A stretch of DNA of 64,000 nucleotides from Elsinoe ampelina. Lineage: Eukaryota. The DNA lies in NCBI GenBank assembly GCA_010093995.1, contig ML992512.1:1-64000 (forward strand). The letters run 5' to 3'. Made by a program: the position numbers and the translations under genes. Shown here one piece after another: positions 12,688-23,937 of this stretch; positions within the stretch are counted from its first letter, which is position 1; each line of letters begins with the position of its first letter. Below the pieces are notes generated by a model. It searched no databases, was not told where the DNA came from, and saw only the letters and a program-made list of their open reading frames with translations.

Positions 12688-14376
12688 CTATATCGAGACT
12701 TCGAATAACTACGACTAAGTAACGGAGCTATTAAATTATCTAGTTATTCTACTACTTATGTAACTACTAATAACTACCACTTATAAAGAATTAAAGAAGA
12801 AGCTATTATAACTATAGTTCCCGTGTACACTATAATAGATCCTCGCTACTACTATATAGGTTAATACCGTAAACCTCGAAGATATAAGAAGAAGGTAATA
12901 AGTCGAGTTATAGATAACTCTTAAAGGAAGTAGGCCGCTAGCTAAAAAATTTAATATTCCCTTTGTTACGTATTAACGTTTTACACTGTTTTATTTACGA
13001 CTAACTATACTAAGCATAGCTCGATCTAACTATAGCGACGAAGAGCGCTACTAAAGTAAGCTACCTTAACCTATTCCTAACAATAATAACGCCTCTATCT
13101 ACTTTCTCTACTATAATCTTTTTGCCCTCTCTAACGCTATACTCCTTAAGAAGCTATAGAAAGAGTATAGTATATAGGCACTAAGAGATATATTTAACTA
13201 TATCGAGTCCTTCTATAATAAGTAAACTACGTAGGTAAAAGGCGCTTATACTAATGCTCTCTACTATTACTACGAGTTAGATACTACTTAGGCCTAGCTC
13301 GGCAACCTCTAATCTAAACTAGACGTATCTTAGTCCTATACTAACAGCGTTACTACCTAAGCTACTTACTACCTAGACAAAATCTAAGAGCTTAAGGCTA
13401 AGGTAAACTAACTAAAAAACGAGATAGAGTATAGTATACTAGCCCTTTCTATATATAGCTCTACCTTATTAGAAAAGATACTAGACTCTACTATCTTTAG
13501 CATAGGTATACCGAAGTAGTTCGAGGTCTTTAAGTACTAGATAAGGAATAAGATATGCGCTAATATAGATCGTTTCTCTATAAGAGATACCTAGTTTGTC
13601 TATCTATACTTACGCCTCTCTAGAGAAGCCTATACCCTTATTATAGACTTAGCTAGTAATAACGTTATTAGTGTTAAAGAGGTTCTTACTCTTCTAGCCT
13701 AGCGCTTCGAGGATCCTAACTATAGGGCTACTATATATACTTAGTTCGCTAACCTCTTCTAGCGTAATAGTACGTTTAACTCCTTTATTAGCGAGTTTAA
13801 TAAGTATACCCTTTGCGCTAAGATTGCTAAAGAGAAGTAGCTATACTAGATCTATTAGAAGATATCTAATAAGCTATATAATGCTCTAGTTAACTATAAC
13901 ACTAATAACCTTACTACTTTTATTACTAAGGCCTACGCTACTAACTATAATATCTAACAGAATAACCTTATTACTAAGCGCACTTAGGCTTTGCGTTCTA
14001 TACTAGCTATAAGCTACGCTACTACTATACCTACTTACGTACCTTATTCTACCTCCGCGTCTATAGCTCTATCTACCTTCTACTCTATTGCTAGAGGTGC
14101 TCTATAGCCTTTCCGTCTAGCTCTAGTACTTACCTATTACACATGCGGCAAGCCTAGATATATCTCTACTAAGTATATAGCTAGCGCCTTAGAGAAGGCC
14201 GCTTACGCCGCTATATACTCTATACGTATTAGCGCCGTAAAGGAGATATAGTAGCTTTAGAATTGCTTAGCCGAATTAAGCAACTAGGTCGACACTAGTT
14301 CGGCCTATAAACTAGATCTAGTTTAGCCTTAGTTTAACCCCGAAATAGACTACGAGTCTACCGGCTACTCTAGCTA

Positions 14377-14416
14377 GGGAAATAAGTAGCTAGAGGACAA
14401 GTTCTATTCTCTAGCA
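14377..14416 (+). promoter_or_regulatory. Putative -1 ribosomal frameshift signal at the gag-pol junction
   Basis: Heptamer GGGAAAT (14377-14383), then after 5 nt a stem GCTAGAG...CTCTAGC, between the Gag knuckle and the protease. Confidence 0.6.
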
Positions 14417-16884
14417 GAATAAAGGTAATTTAAGATAGATCCGGAGGTATACAGTTACTAAATAGCGTTATTAGCTACTATATCCTCGCTATTATAACTC
14501 CTATTACTATTTATAACTCTTATAACTACTCTTACACTATTACGCTTTAAGCCTTTATCGATACTAGCGTACTTATTAGCGCCGTAGTTAATTATAACAT
14601 TCTCGATAAGCTAAAGAGCTTTAGCTGCCCTATAGTACTAGCTAGCTCTATTTAGCTTTAAGCCTATAATAGTGTTCTAATAGAGCAAGTTACATATAGC
14701 GTTCCCCTTACTACTACTGTTTCTAGTAAGCTAAATAACCTTACTACCTTTTATATTATAGATATTAGCCGATTTAATATTATTCTCGGCCTTAGCTAGC
14801 TTAAGGCTAATAGAGCTACTATTAACTATAAGCATAGCTAAGTTATATACAAAGAAGAGTTTTCGCCGACAGTTGTTAAGTAGGAGCTACTATAGCTAAT
14901 TAAAAGGCTAGAATCTAGATCTAAGCCTAGCTCGGATCTAGGAATCTAGCTCGGCAAAGCCGCTACTCTAGTTTAGAACTAGTTTAGTTCTAGTTCGACT
15001 TATAAACTAAGTTCTAGCTCGGCTACTAAGTTAAGACGAACTAGACTATATTAGCTACTAGCTCTTAGGTCGAACTTTAAGCCGAATTAGAGGGAGTTTA
15101 AGCTAATCTCCTATAGTACTTAGTCAATATATAAGTTCTTCTACGTACCTGCCTACGTAAGTAACACTAAGTAAGAAGAGCTAACTATCGCTTTTATTAG
15201 CGCTGCTACCTTTATATTAGTAGCTAAATACTAAGAGGATAAGGTGTTTATAATCTTAGTAAAGGATATTAAGGACTACTACTAAATAGCCTCCGAACTA
15301 GAACTAGACCCTATAGTAGTTCTCCTAGAGGAGCTATAAGAGTTTACTAATATCTTCTCTAAAGAGTAATCTAACATACTTCCTCTATATCGGCTAGATT
15401 TCGACAATTAAATCACACTTAAGAATAGAGCTAAACTACTACGTACTAAACCCCTATACTGCCTATTACTAGAAGAGCTTAATATAGTAGAATAGTTTAT
15501 CTATAAGCACCTCGATAAAGGCTTTATTATACTAAGCTCGGCTAGCTATTCCTTACCTATTCTCTTTATTCGTAAGTCTAGTAGTAGACTTCGCCTTTAC
15601 GTCGATTACTACGGCCTTAATAAGGTAACTAAGTAAGACATCTATCCTCTACCTCTTATTAAAGAAACACTTACGCGTGTAAGTAAAGCTAAATAGTTTA
15701 GCAAGATCGACATCCGTTAAGCCTTCTACTGCCTCTATAACTCTATTAATAGTAAAGACCTTACTATATTCTTTATACGTATAAGTAACTTTAAGTAGTT
15801 AGTAATACTATTCGGCCTTACTAACGCCTCTATAGTATAGTAGAGGTTTATAAATTACAACTTTGTTAACATACTTAAGCGCTTTATGTTAATCTATTTT
15901 AATAATATTCTTATCTATACTAATAGCACTTACTAAGAGCACGCTAAGTATATTAAGCTAGTACTCTAACGTCTCTACAATTTAGGCCTAAACGCTAACA
16001 TTAAGAAGAGTAAGTTCTACCTAACAGAAGTAAAGTATCTTAGTATTATTATTAGTCGAGATAGAGTTAAGATAGATCTAAAGAAGGTCAAAGCTATACA
16101 AGCCTAGAAACAACTAGCCACTAGTAACACTACTTAGGTAAGAAGCTTTATTAGTTTCTATAGCTACTATCGCTACTTTATTAAGGGATTTAGTACTATC
16201 GCTAAGCTATTAAACAACCTGCTTAAGAAGGACGCTACGCTATAGAACAATAAGTGCACTACTACGTTTAACTATATAAAGTATACTATTATAAGTGTCT
16301 CTATCTTAGCGCACTTCGATTGCTTAAAGTAAGTAGTTGTCGAGACTAACGCCTCCGATACTACTACCGCTAGAATCCTATTATAATATAACAATTCTAA
16401 TATCCTCTAGCCCGTTACCTTCTTTAGTAAATCTATAAGCGAAGCTAAATGTAACTACGTAATCTACGACAAGGAGCTATTAGTAATCGTCTAAGCCTTT
16501 AAGAAATAGGCCCCTAAGCTTATAAGTACTTAATCTAATAAGGCTATCTACGTCCTTACTAACTACTAATCCCTAATGTACTTTATAAAGACTTAGAAGC
16601 TATTACGCCGCTAAGTACGCTAGGCTCTCTACCTTACGTAGTTTAACTTTAAGATTATATATAGGCCTAGCGCCGCTAGCAGTAAGGCTAACACTCTTAT
16701 AAGGAGGAATAGAGACGTATTACGCTTAAAGGAAGACCCTAATCTACGCTAGATGCTATTGCTATATAAAGTGCTAGATTAGCGTATTATTAACGAACTA
16801 AATCTAGGTCACATCCGAACTAAATTACTAATCTAAGCTAAACTAGGATCTAGTTTAGCATCTAGTTCGCGAACTAGTTTACTA

Positions 16885-16944
16885 CCTATTTTACCTCCTA
16901 TTTCACCTCCTATTTTACCTCCTATTTCGCTACCTATTTCGGCT
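16885..16944 (+). repeat. 12-bp tandem repeat (CCTATTTYRSYW x5) in the RNase H-integrase linker
   Basis: cctattttacct cctatttcacct cctattttacct cctatttcgcta cctatttcggct. Confidence 0.75.
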
Positions 16945-18539
16945 CGTAAGCTAGGCACCTATATAGCACCTATCTCTACTATAGAAGAGCCTTTATCTCT
17001 TTTCGACGAAGTAGCTAAAGCTAACTTACGAGACTCTAACTTTAAGACAGTTTATAGCATCTACTATATAATAGAAGCCTTTCTAAAGAGGAAATAGTTA
17101 CTATTAACTAATGTTATAATCGAGAAGGGGATACTATACGCCGCTAGCTAATTAATCGTGCCTTTCTCTATAGCTACGAAAGTTATCTAAGGGGTCTATA
17201 TATTAAAGAATTACATATACGGAGGAGCTACTAAGATAGCTACTATAATTAAGTCTACTTTCTATATCCCCGGGTACAATTCTAACGTTAAGAGGTTCGT
17301 CGCTAACTATTACAACTATAAGCGCTTAAAGGCTTACTATAGCTTACTAGCTAGCCTTCTATTGCTATTGCCTATTCCGGTAAGACCTTAGCAATATATT
17401 ACTATAGACTTCGTTACTAGCCTACCCCTAGTAGATAGCTATAATATAGTACTATATGTTATCGATTGCTTATCTAAGAAGCGACACTTAATCTTTTACT
17501 TCTAGGGAGAAGAAGAGACCTCTACGTTTAAGATAGCTAAGCTATTATTCTTCTACGTGTAGAAACTATATAGCCTACTAGATAGTATTACCTCTAACTA
17601 TAGCCCTTAGTTCGTTAGCGACGTATAGAAGAGGCTCTACTAGATCCTAAAGATTATAGCTAAGCTATCTACTACTAGCTACCCTTAAATAGACAGCTAA
17701 TTAGAAGTTATAAACCGAGAGTTTAAACGAGTTATCTAGTCCTATATAATATAGTTTAGCAATTAGACCCTTATTCTACTAGTTATAGAGTTCTCTACTA
17801 ACGCTAACTCCTCGGAAAGTACTAAGCTATTACTATTTAAGGTTACGAGAGAATATAAGCTAAGGCTAAGCTTATAGCCCCCTTCCGACGCACTATTAAT
17901 AAGAGCTAAGCTTAATAAGGCCAACATTCGTACACTTACTAAACAACTAGAAGAAGCCCTTACTATTACTAAAGCTAACCTTACTATTACTTAGTTACGA
18001 ATAGTAGAGTAAGCTAATAAACACTACTAGCTAATAGAGTTCGAAGCTAGTAATTTAGTATAGTTATTAACGAAGAACCTCTAGCTATAGGGCAATCTAA
18101 AGCTGCTACTAAAGTATGTTAGTCCTTATAAGATCCTCGAAAAGTAGTTACTATTAGTGTATAAGCTTAATCTACTAGCTATACTATAAAGAATTTACTC
18201 TATATTCTACGCTAACCTCCTTACTAAGTATCTAAATAACCTCTTACTAGGCTAAGCCTTTAAGGAACTACCTCCGGTAGAGGTCGATAGTAAGGAAGAG
18301 TATAAGGTAGATAATGTAATTAACATACGTATACTATAAAGGAAGCTAGTTACTTATATAAGCTAGAAGAGCTATCTAGAGAATCTTACCTAGTAGCTAA
18401 TCGACAACCTTAAAGGAGCAGCCGACGTGCTATATAACTATTTAGATTCTTATACAGATAAGTCTTATCTAAGCTAGATTAACAAGGAACGAACTATATA
18501 ATAGCGTTTAAAGGTAAATACGTTTAAGAGGGGAAGTAG

Positions 18540-18742
18540 TAATACGAGATAGATATAAACTAAATTCGGTTAAGATATAGTTTAGATTAGTTACGTAATC
18601 TTAGCATCGCGGCCTAGGCTTCTAGCCGCTTTACTCTTAATATTACGCGTGCTTTATATACTAGTTTTCTTCTTCTTTTTCTAAGTCTTAATATCTTAAT
18701 AAATAGATATAATTAATCCCCTTATCTTACTAGTCGTAATTA
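18540..18742 (+). repeat. 3' LTR of the inner gypsy element
   Basis: Direct repeat of 12485-12687, preceded by the PPT. Confidence 0.92.
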
Positions 18743-20969
18743 TATAGTATATATAGAATATAGTCTTCTACTTATTACTACGCTTAATAGAGATTCTATA
18801 GTAGGCATTCTTTAGATCTAACTTTGAAAACTACTAGGCTTACCTAAGTTAATTAAGCATTTTACTAATAAGTAAAAGCGAGTAGTAATTCTTAATAGTT
18901 ACCTCGTTTAAGCCTTAATAATCTATATATAAGTATAGACTACTATTCTTCTTAGATACGAATAAGATAGAAGTACTTATCTCGCTTATAAAGTACCTAA
19001 TTTACTTATTTAATTAAGTAGTCTCGAGATAGTCCTTAAGTACTATAAGCTCCTTAACTAAGAAGTTATATAAGGGCTAGAATAGAGGTCTTTTACCTAG
19101 CTCTAGCTTAATTATATACTCTACGCCTAGTAGGCATAGTAGGTTAGTAATATTCTTATATATAAAGATATTAAAGAACTTTATAAACTCTAGCGGAAAA
19201 GCTAAGTTACCTATAGTATAAGTACTCTCCTTAGATAGAGTCTATACTATAGTATATACTTTTAGCTTGTTCTTAAGGTCCTTTATAAAGTCTTCTAGTT
19301 CGTATAAGTAAACTATATATAAGAAGTAGCTATATAACTAGTTATTTATAGTACTATTTATAATTATATATTATCTTCTTTACTATAGATGCCCTAAGAT
19401 AACTAGAGGGCCTAGTTCTAAGTCTATAGCGTAGAAGAGGCTAATTGTCTCTCTAAGGTTACTATAGAAGTCTACTAGATATATATAAAGCTAGTATATA
19501 CTATAGTAGAATCTAGCTTGCTCTATAAAGAAAAATATACTTAAATACTAAGTATACTTAACTCTTAGTAAATTATAACAAAGAGTAAATACCTAAGATA
19601 TAAGATTAACTTCTATATAATTGTCTATAAGAAATATATAGTCTTTACGCTCTATAGGCGCTATAATAGCGCTATAATAGAGTAGCGATAGGTAAGTATT
19701 AATAGAAAGAGAAGAAGAGCTTAGTTACGCTTTCTAGCTAAGCTCTTAGAGTTTACTAGCTTAGGGTTATTAACCTTATCTCCGGTAGTAACCTAGTATA
19801 CCGCCTATAACTTATAGTCTCTCTATAAGTGCCTCGACCTATACTCTAGCTTAATATAACTAGTTTTACTATAGCTATAGTACTTAGTATTCTTCTTTTA
19901 CTTATTAGAGAAATCTCTTTACTTACTAAACTATTTAGTAGATAGGTTAGTAGCTTTACGCTTATAGCGAGCTTAAGAGCTACTACTAGACTAGTAGTAG
20001 TATTCTTCTTAGGGGCTACTATAACTACTACACTTATATAGGTAGTTACTTTTATTTTCTTATATAGTATACTTACTACTAGTATAGTCTATAGACTTAA
20101 TATATAAGTCTAAAGAGACTAACTTCTAGCGCGTAGCTAGAATAGTATAGTGTTTAATAATAGTAGTATATAGTATAGGCTATAGCTTAGTAAGAAGGTA
20201 GTATACTTTCTACTCCTCGGAGTAGAGAGCTAGTTACTTCTTAAGAGTAGTAAGCTCTAAGGCGAAGGCCTAGATAGATTAGCTCTTATGTTATTAGGTA
20301 CTCTTATATATAAGAGTTATATATACTCTATAGTTAATAGAGTTATTAACTACGTTCTATATAAACTAGTAGAATTACTTCTATATATAGTTTTCTAAGC
20401 TATTTACATAGTAGTAGTAGTACTATATCTTATCTAGCTTACCTATAAGAAATATAACTCTATATAGCACCTTCTACTAGTTAGTAGAGTAAGCCTTAGA
20501 GGCTAGAGTAAAGATAACCTCGAGATTCTTTAGGAAGGATCTTATCTCTTTTAGAGTCTTACCTTAATAGAGATAAGATTCTCTTAGTTAAGGTTATTTA
20601 GAGGATAGTCTTATAAATAGTCTATCGCTACTACGTATACTCTACGTACTAGCGTTACTTACTATAGACTTAGTAGAAGTATATAAGCTATAGTTAAAGC
20701 CTCCTTAGTAGTATTCTATATTATATATATAGTATATTTACTTAATCTCTTCCTTAAGGCTCTAAGTCTTAAGCTCTAGCTCTAAACACTTATACTTAGT
20801 GTATAGGTATAGTAGCTACTCTATAAGAGTTTCTTCTTTCTCTAGAGAAGTCTACTTAATAGAGTCTATCTCTATAACATTGTTTATACGAGGTATAGGC
20901 GCCTTACTAATAGAGTTCTAGTTGTCTATAGAGTCTAATAGATTATAACTATAGAGGAGTAATTAGAAC

Positions 20970-21156
20970 TATTAAAGCCTTATATTAAAGCTATATATAT
21001 CGTAATATAGAGAATACCTATCTAACTAAATAGTCTGTTAGTAGTAGAACTAATTACTATTAAGCCCTAGGTATAAGCGCTATATAGGATATTCGAGTAT
21101 ATTACGTAAGCGGGACTAGCCGCTACTAAGTGCCGCTCTAATACTAAGCTCTTATA
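20970..21156 (-). repeat. 5' LTR of the outer gypsy element
   Basis: Direct repeat of 8204-8390. Confidence 0.9.
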
Positions 21157-21161
21157 CTAGT

Positions 21162-21352
21162 CGCTAGATACGAGAAATACGCTAATTTCTTAGAGCTAGC
21201 TATCTACTTATATAGCGAACTATACGCTAAGGCGCACTTTAAGAGCTATAGATATAGCGTAAAGTTATAGGGAATCTATTTAGTATATAAGAAATTACTT
21301 ATATTAAATAAGTTTAATACTAAGACCTAGTAAAAACTCTTTACTACTACTA
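21162..21352 (+). pseudogene. IS630/Tc1-like transposase C-terminus and probable right end
   Basis: Continues the gene broken at 8203: ARYEKYANFLELAI...AKAHFKSYRY (=..HFKSCGY). Ends in ...CTACTA then TA, compatible with a RIP-mutated CACTG|TA Tc1 terminus. Confidence 0.65.
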
Positions 21353-21354
21353 TA

Positions 21355-23440
21355 ACTACTCTATACTATATATATACTACTTCGAGTTAAATAAACTAAG
21401 TCTAGTTTAGTAGCCGAACTAGATTAATATCTATCTTAGCCGCTAAGCTAGTTAAATTGTCTATTACGCTATATAAATTAGTATCTATATTAGCTGCTAT
21501 AAACTAGACAAAAGTATCTATTTTAACTACTAAGATAGTAAGGTATCTAACTTACTTAATTCGATCTAGCTCGTATAACTATCTTAGAGTAATACTAGCG
21601 CTTAAAAGAGCTAATTTAGCTTTAAATCTAGTATAGAAGACCTTTATTAAAGGCCTAGGTATCTCTCTACCTATTTAAGTATATATCTCTTATACTATTA
21701 AGGTTATAATTCTTCTTCTTTAGCTTAAATTTAACTTAATCTAGTACCTAAATATCTCTTTTAAAGCTTTTCTTTCTCTTTATCTACTTAAAAAATTTAG
21801 TTAAAACTTTATAAGAGTTAGTCTTAAAAGTAATAGGTAAGAATCTTAAGTTGTTTATAGGCTCTAAGCGCTACTATAGCTAGTAAGAAGTAATTAAGTT
21901 TATAATATTAATATAGTTAATAGGTGTTAGAGAGAGTATAAAAGGCACTAAAGACGCTAAAGGCATTAGTATTAGTAGTGTTAGTAGAGCACTTTTAATA
22001 CTCCTTAAGGCCTTTAAGCAATTAAGGCTTAATATAAGACCTATAGAAGAACAATTAATAGTAGCTTTACTATTATAAATAGTAGTAGCCTAGGTATACT
22101 TATTCTTCGTTATAATCTAGTAGTACTTACTAGTTAATATATACTAGTATAACCTCTTATAGTTATAGTAATTACAATTAGTATAAGTCTATACTAACTC
22201 TAATAGAGGCTCCTTATTGCTATTTACGCCCTCGAGCGCACTATATAATTAGCTTATTACTAAGCCTTAACCTTGTAATAGTAGCGCTAGCTATACTACC
22301 TACGAAGATAGTAGTATTATACTAGCTACTAGAGTCTATACTGTCCTTACTAGCGTCGATCTAAGGGAGAATTACTATAAAGGCAGTAGTAGTAGACCTA
22401 TTAAAGAGCTTAGAACTAGTATAGTTAAAGGTAGTTATATAACTCTTAAATTTGCTATAGAGTTTATAGCTATTAGTACCTTCTTTATCTTAGTAGTAAG
22501 GCCGAGCCTAAGCTACTAGTAATTCTTAGTAAGTTAATCTTTAAGCTTATTAACTAGCTTCTATATCTTAGCTAGCTCTAATATTACTACTCTAAATAGC
22601 TACTATATACTAAGACGCTTATAGGTAGTAGTATAATTAAGTAAAAGTAGCTTAAGTATAGCTTAAGTAATAAGACTACTCTTCTCTACTATTTAATTAG
22701 CTAGTACTAACTATAATAGATTACTTAGCTAGCTAAATATACACTTGTTATAGTATAGAGTCTTACTTCCGAGCTTTACTACTAGCCTTACCTCTACTAT
22801 CTAACTAAGATAGAGCGTATCTAAGTTACTAGAATTAGTCTCTAGTAACTCTAGCACTTATAATAACTATAGTACCTCTATTACCTATATATCTAGCTCT
22901 TCTTCTAGTGCTATATCTAACTTAATTAACTGCCTTAGCTAGTCTAGTATAGGTGTTAGAAACCTTAATTAAAGAGATAGCTACTAAGATCTAGCTTATA
23001 AAGGTAGTATAACTTAGTTTATAGCTTACTCTATAAGTCTCTAAAGAGCTAAGTTAGTAGATATAACCTCTAGATAAGGTGCTACCTATACTAGCGCTAG
23101 TGTATAGCTCTTTAGCTAGATAGTTAGACTATAACAAAGGTTATCTAGTACCTTCTCTAATAAGCTTAAGAAGTACCTTAAAGAAGAAGAGACTAGTAGT
23201 AATAATAGAGAAGTAAAGAATATTATAATTGCCTTCTATACTGCCCTTAAAGGTTTCTTTGTATAGCTAGAGCAATAGTTAGTTATAGAAGAAGGATACT
23301 TATAAGCTATAATTTAGTAACGTTAGTGTATACTAACTAGTCTATTATATCTTTTTTTAGCTTTAATTTCATTCAAATAGATAGCGTTGTTAAGCTATTC
23401 AACTCTATATTCTCTCTGGACCTCTAGCTAGCTAATTTTA
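21355..23440. repeat. Unclassified RIP-degraded sequence
   Basis: Same RIP composition as the rest of the block; I could not recognise a diagnostic motif. Confidence 0.5.
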
Positions 23441-23937
23441 GTAAGCAGAAGTCGGTGAAGAGTACCGCCAAGCCCGGGGTGGCTCGGTTGAACTCAAAAC
23501 GACTGTAAGGGACGAAGTCGGTGGATGGTTGCGCACGGACCGGAAAGGCAGAACTCCGACAGGTCGGGAAGTCGCGGTCAAGGTGGCTTTGCATGTCTCT
23601 GGCTTGTGCGTTGCAAGCCGCGGTGGTCTGATAATTTGATCCTCCGCAAATTGACCCTTTGACGTTTTGCTTGGCGTTCATCTTCAACCTTCAACTCCTC
23701 GACCGCAATTTGGAAGGCGACATCAGATCAACACAGGAGTGTCTTTACGACCAACACGCTGCTTATCACACTTCCAAAGAGCTCACCCCTACGGCAGTGA
23801 GCTTCTTCTGTATCCTTACTTGGGAGACTATCTGGACTGGGGTCAACATAGGTCGAAACCTCGCTGAGCGATCAAACCTCGAAACGCGTTTGGCTTCACG
23901 CCACGAGACGCATATATCTGAACTACGAATCATTACC

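Larger units (their letters stand above)
12485..18742 (+). mobile_element. Ty3/gypsy chromovirus-type LTR retrotransposon (inner element), RIP-inactivated, TSD TATAG
   Basis: 203-bp LTRs at 12485-12687 and 18540-18742; TATAG at 12480-12484 and 18743-18747; PPT GAGGGGAAG before the 3' LTR. Relics: Gag knuckle YYTCGKPRYISTKY (~14135-14176); protease AFIDTS (~14551); RT LRLYVDYYGLNKVTK*DIYPLPLI; RNase H VVETNASD...NYVIYDKELL; integrase (~17200-17850); chromodomain EEYKVDNVI (~18295-18470). Confidence 0.95.
8204..21156 (-). mobile_element. Ty3/gypsy LTR retrotransposon (outer element), RIP-inactivated, TSD CTAGT
   Basis: 187-bp direct LTRs at 8204-8390 and 20970-21156; CTAGT at 8199-8203 and 21157-21161. 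Minus-strand relics: Gag knuckle KYYSYSKTSYIKLEY (~19835-19885); protease LIDNYIEVNLIS (~19600-19640); RT ILFVSKKNSSLYLYIDY*GLNEVTIKN (~18895-18975) and YFKYLVIPFRLTNALATF* (~12420-12480); integrase SN*GSVFTS*F*...RLSIAFYS*IDS*TK (~10575-10695); chromodomain-like YLVK*KN*P (~9915-9945). Confidence 0.93.
1..23440. repeat. AT-rich block of nested transposon relics inactivated by RIP
   Basis: Strong TpA excess and CpA/TpG depletion. Almost no ORFs in the six-frame track. Transposon motifs are recognisable but full of TAA/TAG stops. Composition returns to normal abruptly near 23,440. Confidence 0.95.

Noticed and set aside
8204..21156. Ty1/copia assignment for the outer element, suggested by its short LTRs
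   Set aside because: Domain order PR-RT-RH-IN and the RT motifs are Ty3/gypsy.
23659..23937. N-terminal extension of the SREBP ORF in the track
   Set aside because: It begins at a TTG. The first ATG is at 23938, so the extension is probably 5' UTR.
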